A stretch of DNA of 64,000 nt from Caecitellus pseudoparvulus (taxonomy: Eukaryota; Protista; Bigyra: Bicosoecida): assembly GCA_965644315.1 (NCBI GenBank), contig CBFFRQ010000062.1, positions 62,001-126,000 on the forward strand. The letters run 5' to 3'. The translations under genes and the position numbers were made by a program. Shown piece by piece: positions 1-9,879 of this stretch. The number at the start of each line of letters is the position of its first letter. The stretch's first letter is position 1. Under the pieces are notes generated by a model. The model was not told the DNA's origin. It saw only the letters and a list, made by a program, of their open reading frames with translations, and ran no database searches.

Positions 1-1313
1 AGTTCTCCGCCAAGGCAGACAACGGTGTGGTGCGTGCAACGCCGATGCAGGCGCGCCCCACTTCCAGCGTGTTACCCAAGCGCCACGTTGCACGTGCTGG
101 CGCACCGTGCTGACGTCGGTGGCACGCTTTGGACAGTGCTAGTGGTGTGCAGCTGTGTGCAGCGCCATCTTGGCGCCTTTCATGCTTCGCCGAGGCGTGC
201 ACGCTGCAGCAGCCGCAGAGTGTGCTGCTTGCCCAAAGACCGCAGACGTACCTCAAAACGCTCCCCCGGCACCGTGCTCCGCCTCTCCCCACGGCGCAGA
301 AGGTCACCCTGGATGGTGGCGTGAAGACCAAGGTCAAGGTGGACAAGGCCACCAAGGCCGAGTCCGTCTCCAAGACTGGCTCCACCTCCATCAAGCTGGA
401 GTACAAGAAGGTGAGTTGGTGGACGCCGAAGCGTTGAGGCAGCAACGCCAACGGCATGCTTGCGTTGCGCCTGCCACTGCCCCAGCACCGCCCGCCCCGC
501 GCGCGTGACAGACCCCCGTGTCTCTGGACAAGCTGGAGGTTGCCTCTGCCGGCACTGTCAAGGCTGACATCAGGTGCGTGCGCTGGAAGCGCCGGTCAGC
601 TTGCAGCGCTCGGCAGCACTGCACTTGCTCGCCCCCCTCCCAGCGTGCCCGACCTGGTGCCCAACACCAAGATCACCTTCAAGGTGGAGGACGGCCATGC
701 TGCTGGCGCCAACACCTCCGGCAAGTTCGGCGTGGAGACTGTGCAGGACTTCGGCGTCAGCGCCGGCGTCAAGGCTGAGCTGGACGCCGTGCAGGGCGAC
801 GGCTCCTTCTCCCTGCTGCTGAAGAAGTCTGGCGTCCTGGTGGGCGCCTCCACCGCCTTCACCACCCCCCTGGCCCCCGTGGCTGCCCCCGCTGAGGGCG
901 AGAAGGCCAAGGCCGCGTCCTTCGCCCTCACCGACTACGACGCCGTGCTGGGGTACACCACTGGCGCCGCCACCTTCGCCGTGCAGAGCGAGAAGAAGTT
1001 CTCCGCCGCCACCGGCTACGTGCACGCTGAGGTGACTCCCCAGGTGAAGGTTGCAGGCAAGGCCACCGTGTCCCTGGCCGGCAAGGCCAAGGGCCCCGGC
1101 TCCCCCATCAAGGGTGCCATCGGCGGCAGCTACGTCGTGGACAAGGACGTGACGCTGTACGGCGCCGTCTCCGACGCTGCTGTGCTGCAGGGTGCCGCTG
1201 TGCTGCAGGTGGCGCCCAAGGCCACCCTCACCGTGTACGGCGAGATCGACGCCCTGAACGTGGAGCAGGACGGCAAGCACTTCTTCGGCACCAAGCTGGC
1301 CCTGCGCGCGTAA
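1..1313 (+). CDS. VDAC: Mitochondrial porin / voltage-dependent anion channel (5'-partial, spliced)
   Basis: Joined exons (introns ~30-299, 411-511, 574-643; GT..AG) give an alternating beta-strand pattern ending LTVYGEIDALNVEQDGKHFFGTKLALRA*, a typical Porin_3 C-terminus. Confidence 0.8.
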
Positions 1314-1383
1314 AGTGCGTGTGTACTGTGCACTCCGCTCCCTGCCTGCACCACCGGTGCCTGGTCGGGGGCGGGCCGCGACA

Positions 1384-1391
1384 AATGCATT
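1384..1391. terminator. Candidate bidirectional 3'-end/poly(A) signal AATGCATT (VDAC/UTP18)
   Basis: Palindrome in the 83-nt gap between convergent stop codons; the motif recurs at other gene ends. Confidence 0.5.
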
Positions 1392-1396
1392 CCAGC

Positions 1397-3113
1397 TCAC
1401 AGGGCCGTGTAGTGGTTCAGCGCGTACAGCAGCACCCGCCCCTTGTCGTTGCCCATGGCCAGGTAGGAGCTGTCTGGGGAGAACGCCACGCTCTCCACGT
1501 AGTGCAGGGGAGTGCCTGACGTGGGCCAGTTCTGGTACACCGTCCCGCTGGGCACGTGCAGCAGGCGCAGCTGGTCCTGTAGCCGGTGCGATGCCAGCGC
1601 CATCAGCTGCCCATCATGGTTGAAGGCCAGCGCGTCAATGGCAGTGGTCAAGTTCATCACTGCCTTACGGGGCTTCGTGCCGGCGGCGGCACTAGCACTG
1701 GTGCCGCTGGCCCCCAACGGCGCAAAGGCACCCCCCCCCCCACCGCCTCCACTGCCGCCGCTCCAGGCAGTGGGGGCGTCATACAGGTTCACGACGCCAG
1801 AGGCGGCCCCCACTGCAAAGACCCCCGTTGGCCTGTGCATGGCCACTGCAGTGCCTGCCGACAGCCCCTCATCCTCATGCCGCGCGAGGCACTTGCGTGT
1901 GCGCATGTCCCAGTGGTACACTTCTCCATCAGTGCCGACTGTGACGAGCAGCGTGCCATCAGGTGAGAAGCTGCCTGCACGCACCTGCCCGTTCATCTTC
2001 AGGGACCCCACCACCTGCTTGGTACTGGCTGCCACCAGCGCGATGCTGCCCTGCCGTCCGAAGAAAGCGTGGGCAGGTGAGAAGGCAGCTGACGCGGCGG
2101 GGCCCGCCACAGCCATGCTCTCCCAGGAGCGCTCAGTGCGGCCCAGCAGCCGCTCCACACGGCTGGTGGCGCCCGACTCCACGTCGTAGCAGTAGAAGAA
2201 AGGCCGCCTGCCCACGGCGATGACCTCGGCGCCACCCTGTGCGAAGCCTGCTGCCGTCACAGGCATGTCCGTGGTGAAGGCTGACGCCACCTTCCCATTG
2301 CGCTCGCCGTCGATGGCGAAGAAACGCAGGCGCTTGTCGTTGCTGCCCACCATGAGCAGACTGCGGGCGGCGTCTGGGTGCCACGCGACGCTGCGCACGA
2401 CACTGCGGGCGGGGTCGGTGATGTTGGCGTCCACACACCGTGTGACAGAGATGTGCGTCTTGCCCAGGCGGGCGGACTTGGCCAGGGCGGGTGCTGTGCT
2501 GCGCAGGGCAGCCTGCAGTGCCTCGCTCTCCCGCTCGCCCGACGCCACGGCAGCCCACGCCGTGTCACCCGCCGTGGACTCAAACCTGTGTCGCGCGTGG
2601 GTGGCGAGGGCAATGCAAGGGGACGGGGTTTGGCAGGGTGCAAGCTGCATGCCACGCACTGGGCCTTCAAGCGGGCTGCATACTCCTCCCCAGTCACAAC
2701 AGCCTCCTCCTCCGTGCGGCGAAGCTTGCGAGCGCGAGGGGCGGCAGCAATGTTCACTTGCAAACGAGCCTCCTGCTCGTCAGTCCAAGCTGCAGGCAGG
2801 GCAAAAGTGGGCGCCAGGTAAAGCAGCAAAGCTAGTGGCATGGACAGGAGCATGGCGTACCTGCTGCTCCCCCTGCTGGGGCGGCTGCGGCCTCCTCCTC
2901 TGTTCCGTGGGCACCATCAACTTCCGCAGCTCCGGCAGTGTCAATGGTGAAAAGGTCTTCCTCAGCCCAAGCACCCGCCTCCTCTGCTGCCACCGGCGCC
3001 GCAGCTTCATTGCCCAGCTGTGCTTCTAACGAGCTGTCGCCAAACACTGACGCAGCGAGCTTGGCCTCGTCAGCGTCTGCGCGCCGAGGGCGCTTTCGTG
3101 CCGCTGCTGCCAT
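1397..3113 (-). CDS. UTP18: U3 snoRNA-associated protein 18 (WD40), spliced
   Basis: N-terminus MAAAARKRPRR...LAASVFG; LRFFAIDGERNGKV; GRRPFFYCYD; LRLLHVPSGTVYQNWPTSGTPLHYVESVAFSPDSSYLAMGNDKGRVLLYALNHY is the UTP18 signature C-terminus. Exons lie in ORFs 2832-3320, 2257-2853 and 1397-2659. Confidence 0.9.
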
Positions 3114-3488
3114 GCTGCCAATTACCGCAGCACAGCTTCGAGTCTGCAGCTGCTCACGCTGTGAGTTGCGATGGCAGAGACGCTGGGCGAGGCAGAAAAG
3201 GGGCCACCTTGTTGAGAGCATTACACAGTGGGAAAGTGTGCCTGCGTGCTGCATGTTGGGCTGTGACTTCGGAAGGCAGCGCCCAGTGCAGACACCCGCT
3301 CGCAGCAATACCATGCACACGAGTCATCGCCACATCACGCTCGTGAAGTTTCTCTTCAAGGCTGCCTCCACAAGGTCTGGGCAGCTCGGCGGGTGCGCTT
3401 TGCCCCCTCCACACTGCACACAGGCACTTTGCTCAGTGCAAGGTGTGGCAGCTCCACTCGAAGCAGACCCCCCCAGCACACACCTGCC

Positions 3489-4313
3489 ATGGCGACACGA
3501 GGCCAGGTGCACGAGGTGCTGTATAAGTTCGATGCAGAGGCTCCCGAAGAGCTGAGCGTGCTGCCCAAGCAGCGGGTGCTCGTCATGCGTGCGTGTGGGA
3601 GGTGGGCAAACTCCGCACCTGCAACGCCCACGGCACGCCCCGCCCCCCCGCTACACCTGCAGCCGACGGCGACAAAAGCGACGGGTGGAGCTTTGTGGAG
3701 TTGATGGACTCCTCTGCCAAGACTGGCTTCGTGCCCACTCGTGCGTGGCACAGGACAGCGCCGCTTCTTTACCGCCCGGCCGCTGCGACACCCCGCCCCT
3801 GCCCTGCCCTCTGCAGAGTTCATCAAGGCAGTGCCAGGGGAGACAGCACTCCCTCACTCCGCCAGCGCCGAGGAAGAGGAGGCAGCGCCACAGCCCATGG
3901 CAGCGCCCACCCCCACGCAGGCCCCCTCCACAGAGCTCGTGCCGCTGGACGGTGCGACGGGGCAGCGGGCGCTGGAGGCAGCCGGGCAGCTGGTGGCGCC
4001 GTCGGACCCCCACACGGCGCCGGCGACAGAGGAGTTCTCGCACCTCTTCGCCACGCACGAGGTGTGGTACAAGCAGGCCTCGGAGCGGCGGCAGGCGACG
4101 TTCGCCGCCCTGAACACCGCCGTGACGGAGCTGACCACCAAGGCCGCCGACAGCGAAGCACGCACGGCAGGCCTGCTGGACCGCATCGCGGAGCTGGACT
4201 CCCTCATCGAGGACGAGCGGTGCAAGTGGGAGGAGAAGCTGCGGGAGGAGCAGGCGGCCCTGGCTGCTGGCACCGCCCTGCTCACGGACATCTCCTCGTC
4301 GGCGCAGAGCTGA
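3489..4313 (+). CDS. SH3-domain protein with C-terminal coiled coil (2 introns)
   Basis: Spliced product HEVLYKFDAEAPEELSVLPKQRVLV...DGWSFVE...KTGFVP-EFI follows the SH3 consensus; the C-terminus is heptad-rich (LLDRIAELDSLIEDERCKWEEKLREEQ). Confidence 0.7.
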
Positions 4314-4341
4314 GGGGGGTGAGGGGGGGCTCCACCTCGTC

Positions 4342-4351
4342 CAATGCATTG
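4342..4351. terminator. Candidate bidirectional 3'-end/poly(A) signal CAATGCATTG (SH3/TECR)
   Basis: Perfect 10-bp palindrome in the 64-nt convergent gap. Confidence 0.55.
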
Positions 4352-4377
4352 TGGTGTGCTGCAGTGGGCGGCGGGGT

Positions 4378-5464
4378 TTACAGGAGGAAGGGGATGATGG
4401 CGGCGCGCTTGCGCAGGGAGGCGTCCTGCTTGACATACCCACGGTGCTTGCCGTTGGCCCACTGCCACATCTGCAGGAAGCCCACCAGTGTGAAGGCCCA
4501 CGCGAAGGGGATGTTGGTCATGACGGAGAAACCCACCCAGCCCAACACCTCGAAGAAGTAGTTGGGGCAGGAGCACAAGGCAAACAGGCCGCCGGTGGGG
4601 GGCATGCGCTCATCGCTGCCCTCTGCAGGGCGCATGCCTGCCAGCTGCAGGTGCACGGCCCCGTTCAGCAGCTCAGAGACGACGAAGATGGCCAGGCCCA
4701 CCTGCACAGCCAGGGGGTTGGGGTTGGGCGTGTACTGGGGGTGGCACAGCACCAGGCCCACGATGGCGCCGAAGGTCCAGTAGTAGATGCTGTTCTTGAA
4801 GAGGTTGCTCAGGGGCATGGTGGGGCGGCTGAACTTGTGCACGAACAGCGTCTCCAGCTCGCGCTTGAGGAAGTGCGCGCACCAGCACCAGAAGCCCAGG
4901 GTGGCGACGTCGCTCCACTCGCCCTGCACGGGGGCCAGGGACCAACCCTCCCCGAAGAGCAGGGCGGGACGCAGGGCGTACAGCATCATGATGAACAGCG
5001 GCCCCGCGTACTCGATGAGGAACACGCCACGGTAGGAGAACTGAGGGCCCATGTCCTTCAGCAGCAGCGTCTTGCCGGCCACCTTGTACTGTGCAGGGGG
5101 CAGGGCGTGTGAGGAGCAGCGGCTCGCCGCCGGAGCGAAGGACCAGCACGCACGTAGTCCAGCGTGCGCTGGCGCCCAGTCAGGCGGGTCACTTCGGGCT
5201 TGGCACCACCGGTGTCCTTCTCATACTTGATGCCCTGGCGGTACTTGTTCATGCCAGCTGTGAGGGGGAGGGCGGCGCAGCGAAGGGGCGTGCTGGTGGT
5301 GGCGCTGAACGGCGCTGCGCTCGCCCCACTCCGGCACAGCCTCACGCACTGAGCTTCTGCAGCTTCTCTGTCAGCTCCTCCACAGTGGTGCTGCCTGGCT
5401 CATCCAGCTCGTACTCCTTTGCGTCCCTGCGCTTGGACACAAGCTGCACCGTGAACTTCACCAT
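4378..5464 (-). CDS. TECR: Very-long-chain trans-2-enoyl-CoA reductase (TSC13/TECR), spliced
   Basis: KDMGPQFSYRGVFLIEYAGP, HFLKRELETLFVHKFSRPTMP, SCPNYFFE, KRAAIIPFLL. Upstream exons give a ubiquitin-like N-terminus (MVKFTVQLVSKRRD...). Confidence 0.92.
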
Positions 5465-6335
5465 GGCTGGTCTGGTGCGGAAATGGGACGAAGGCAACCA
5501 CGCCGAGGCGGACTGCACGGGCTACAGCGCGGCAGGCGGCGAAGTGTGCAATAGGGGGGGTCGTGGAAAGTGTTTCGTCCGAGTGTCCACACATCTTCAT
5601 CTTCTGCAGGCCGAGCATGCCCCCCACCACCTCCCTGGCGTTCGCATACTTGCTCACCCTTCGTTGGACCGCGAAGGCGCGACGTGCATGCGCTGTGTCT
5701 CATGCAGAATGCCTGGTCCACTTCAACACAGCACTGAGCGAGCAGCATCGTTCCGTACACCGCGTCTTGCGCTGTGCACTGCGCACTTCTCGTGCGGCTG
5801 CTTCTCGGGGCTAGGAGGCGCCGGACATCCTCCAGCACAGCAGAGCGCTGTGACGCAAAACAACACACACCGCTCGAACGCCGGTGGCCCGCGAATGGCC
5901 AACCACCGAGCATCAGCCCGTCGTCACGTGGATCTCTTTTGCTTGGCTCCCGGACCAACATAGACACGGCCAGCCGCTCCACGGCTTGCGCCAGTTCCTG
6001 TGAGTGTCAAGGCGTCAGCGTGTCAGCGCCAGCCGCCGGCCTTGCACAGTCAGCCACCGCCGCCAACGGCGTGCGGCGCACCTGAATGCCACTGAGAAGA
6101 TTTTCTTGCCTGTGTTTTTGTCTGTTGCGGCTGGTCAATGCCGGGGCATGCGCTGGGCGCCCGTGGCGAGCCCTCGCAACCTTTCAAATCGCTTTGCCGT
6201 TGGCCGAAGCACTTGACACACCAGCGGCACTTTCACCTGGCTGCACGCGCGCCTAGGGCCTGAACTCCCACACCCCTTCGTCCACCACAGGTACACGTCC
6301 TAACTCAGTGCACGGCTTGTTTTCTGCGGCGCGCC

Positions 6336-8077
6336 ATGAGCTCCCCGACCCCTCCGCGCTCCCGTGTGTCGACGGGCGATGCGGCTGCGCGGCCGCCGGC
6401 TTTGAACCGGCGCCGGGAAGACCCCTCCAGTGCTGACGGCATCCAGGCAAAGGAGGCAGCTGACATGTTGCTGGGCTTGTGTGGCGAAAATCGCTCCCCC
6501 TCCAGCGTGCACTCGGGTGACAGCGCGGCTGTGTTCACCAGGACTGGCCCCCGCGTGCCCGGTGGTGTGGGTGGCGCCCCAACTTCCGCACCTGGCCACA
6601 GCAGCGCAGTGGCTGGCGGCAGGTCCACATTGCCCCCCACCACCTCAGACGTCTCCCTGGACCGCACGTCCCTCATGTCCCCCGAGGGCCGCCGGCGCAG
6701 TGGCGGCATGGCCTCGCCCCTGGCTGTCCCCCCCCTCTCCGCCAGCTCTGTGGCCAGCTCCCTGCATCGCGGCGGCGGCGCTGGTCTGCCCACGCCCATG
6801 CACGTGGGCGGCATGGGCGCGCTGGGCTCCCCTGCCTTCCCGGGGTCCTTCTGGCCCCCCATGATGCCGTCTGCCCCCCTGAACATGACGGCAGTGCCTG
6901 GCTTCGCCGGGCTGGCCACTGGCTCCGCAGGCATGCCCCCCGCCTCCGTCCCCTTCTCGCCCCAAGACGTCAGCCTCACTGCCGCAGCAGCCGAGGCAGG
7001 CATCTCCCCTGCTGACCTCCTAGCCGTGGCGCAGGCCTTGAAGGCGCGCCAGGCCAGCCTCCAGTTCGCCCAGACTGCCAAGGCGCTCACCTTCACCGCC
7101 CCAGACGCGCCACCCGCCACGACAGCAACGCAGAACACAGCCAAGCGCAGGCGCAGTGGGGCTGCCAGCGATGCCGGCTCCTCTCAGAGTGGTGCCCGGG
7201 CCAAGGCCCCCCGCCGCCGCAGCTCGGCCAGCCACCCCGCCGTGCAGCGTTTCGCGACGACGGTGAACCGGCGGTCTGACTTCCGCGTGCCTGTGGAGGC
7301 GGTGCTCCGGTTCCAAGGCGCCAAGGTGTTCCAAACCGCCTCCAGAGGCGTGTACGTGTCCGCCACGGCCGATGCTCGGGTCATGGACGGGGACCTGCGG
7401 GTGGCACTGCTGGCCGTGACCCCCCCCGCACCCCCCTCATCCCCCCCAGACCCATCCCGGCAGATGCAACCCACCCTCCCCCCAAGGCCTCCCCCACTAG
7501 CACTGGCAGCGACTGTGCCGCATCCGATGCAGGCAGCGTGACCAGCGAGGGGCTGGGCACCTCCCTGCGCAACGGGGTCATGGGCCTGCCTGAGCGAGAC
7601 CCCGCCTCCACCCCCCCTGCAGTGCTGGAGGCTGACGCCAGTGTGCTGGTGCAGCGCATCGTGCTGGCTTCTGGCCTGCCAGGTGAGGTGTTCGGGGCGG
7701 AGCGCCTGGCCGAGCTGCGTGGCGCGGGGGTGACGCCCTGCACCTCCCGCAGCAACGTGGACGAGCGGGGGCTGGAGATGTACTCCCTGGGCAAGCAGCT
7801 GTGGCTGGCGTGGACGCAGCTGCACTGCTTGAAGCCCTTCCCCTCGCCGTACCTGTCGGCGCTCATGCGCCACGTGACAGCCTTCACACGCCGCAACGAG
7901 GTGGACCTGTTCAGGAACTACCGGCGGCGGCACCTGGCAGGCGTGCTGGATGCGGTGCGGGAGGCGGCTGCGGTCACGGGTGTGCGCGTCGTGTCCCCCA
8001 ACGGCAAGGGCACCGGTATGACACCGGGCCTGGCCAGCGGGGGGGGGCGAGGCTCCAAGCGTCCGCGAGAGGTGTGA
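6336..8077 (+). CDS. Hypothetical low-complexity, probably nuclear protein (one intron, 7352-7449)
   Basis: ORFs 6336-7541 and 7538-8077 join in frame through GTACGT...CCCCCAG. Pro/Ser/Ala-rich with NLS-like KRRR and KRPR; no domain recognised. Confidence 0.55.
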
Positions 8078-8379
8078 CACGCACCCGAGCAATGCATGCC
8101 AACCCACACAATACACCTGCGTACAATACACCAGGATAGCCGGCTGCTCCTGACGCCCTCCTGCATGTGCGCCGGCAGCCGTGCCAGGGCCGGCCACCGC
8201 CGTTCCTCAGGCGGGCCATGCAACGGGCACACAGCCCAAAAGCACCAGCGGTCGGCGCAGCAGCACCAGCACGGGGGTCTCCCCGCAGCATGCACACGCT
8301 ACCTTGCTGCCTGCATGGGACAGGGGGCTCCTCCAGGAAGGAGCGCGGCTGGGCAGAGGCGCTGCACCGCCTGCGGAAA

Positions 8380-9732
8380 ATGGTGGCCACACTGAGGAAG
8401 TACCCACTGTGTGTGGCGGCGCTGCTGCTGGTCGGTCTGCTGTGCAGCACGCTGGCCGCTGGCGGCCGGTACAGCTGGGCCGGGTCAGAGGAAGCCTTTG
8501 CTGCGCAGTGGAGAGCCCGGTATGCGGGTCTGCTGGCCCTGCCCCGTGCGCCGCCTGTCGAAGTCATCCAAGCTGCGCCACACCACGCCTGGCGCTCGTC
8601 GCCGCCGGTGGGGGCCCAAGACGGACACATCTGTGCTGGCATCCTGAGCGACAGGCGGGAAGACCCCTACGTGTACCGGACGTTGGAGTCCCTGGTCACG
8701 AAACGCGCAGCGAAGGAGCTGCCATTGTCCTTGGTGCTCTTCGCGACGCCGCCGGACGGCTCCGTGGAGACAGTCGCCGCTGCGGCAGCCCCCGGCTCGC
8801 ACTCTTCAGACCGCTTGGCGGCAGCGGGGTACACTGTCGTGCGCATGGACCAAGCCTTCCCGCCTGACCTGACTGCTCCGCAGCGCTACGGCCACGCGCT
8901 GCAGTGGATGGCGCAGCATGACCAGGGGGAGTGTTCCGTGTTCCTCATGCTGGAAGACGACGGCTATGCTGCCGCTGCGTGGGACGTCGCGCTCATGGCG
9001 GCTTTGGGGCGGCTGCAGGCCCACGACGGCCTCTGGCTGTGGCTCAAACTCATGATGCCTGACAACTACGCTGGGTGGGCCAGCACGCCCAGCTCCATGG
9101 CGCTCCTGCTAGGCCCCCCTCTGCTGCTGGCGCTGCTGGTGTGGGCGCTGCTGGTGAAGACCGGCACTGGCCTGGGGCACGCCACTGCCACCAGCGCAGT
9201 GGTGGCGGGTGGGATAGCTCTGCTCCTGCATGCGGCTGGGCGACAGCACCTGCCCTCCCCCGTCAACCGCATGGCCCACTTGGGCCTGCAGCGGTACTCC
9301 CAGCCGTGCTGCATCGTGGCGCAGGCGTACAACCCGGCCACAGTGTCGTTGCTGGCTCCCTGCCTGGCTCAGGCGGCTGACGAGCGGCATGCCGACATGG
9401 CCCTCATGCCCTGCCTGCAGCGCACCGCGACACTGGCCCAACACACGTACCTGCTGCTGCCGGACTTGTTCCAACACATTGGCGTGCGCTCCTCCAAGAA
9501 CTGCACCGTTGTGGGGCAGAACTGCTACACGCTGCGAGTGGCGGGGCAGTTCCTGGACGAGCGCTTGGCTGGGCAGGCGCGGGAGGAGGGGCTGCGGCAC
9601 GCAGCTGTGCAGGGATTGGGGGGGGGTGCTTGGTCCCACGCGGCGCTCATGCTGGCGCGCGAGCAAGTGGAGACGTGGATGGGCGGCTGGCTGGCCAGCC
9701 TGCCCCCTGCGCCAGCCCTGGAAGAGTACTGA
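8380..9732 (+). CDS. PGAP4/TMEM246-like GT-A glycosyltransferase (GPI GalNAc transferase family)
   Basis: N-terminal TM, FLMLEDD (DxD-like), WLKL followed by two inserted TM helices, GRQH, PCCIVA, DMAL and PDLFQHIGVRSS, in the same order as PGAP4 motifs. Confidence 0.7.
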   Translation: MVATLRKYPLCVAALLLVGLLCSTLAAGGRYSWAGSEEAFAAQWRARYAGLLALPRAPPVEVIQAAPHHAWRSSPPVGAQDGHICAGILSDRREDPYVYRTLESLVTKRAAKELPLSLVLFATPPDGSVETVAAAAAPGSHSSDRLAAAGYTVVRMDQAFPPDLTAPQRYGHALQWMAQHDQGECSVFLMLEDDGYAAAAWDVALMAALGRLQAHDGLWLWLKLMMPDNYAGWASTPSSMALLLGPPLLLALLVWALLVKTGTGLGHATATSAVVAGGIALLLHAAGRQHLPSPVNRMAHLGLQRYSQPCCIVAQAYNPATVSLLAPCLAQAADERHADMALMPCLQRTATLAQHTYLLLPDLFQHIGVRSSKNCTVVGQNCYTLRVAGQFLDERLAGQAREEGLRHAAVQGLGGGAWSHAALMLAREQVETWMGGWLASLPPAPALEEY

Positions 9733-9879
9733 GCCCGTCAACACATCACAAGCGCCGTAAGTGCCCTGCATGGAATGCAAACACTTTCGCGTACATTGTC
9801 TGTGTCGTTGTTGTCCCTTCGTCTGCGCCCTGCAAAGCCAGGCAGCTGTGTGCAAACGGCTTTGGCGTGTTGCGGAAGC

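Noticed and set aside
7352-7541. Programmed frameshift or homopolymer error between ORFs 6336-7541 and 7538-8077
   Set aside because: A canonical GTACGT...CAG intron (7352-7449) joins them in frame.
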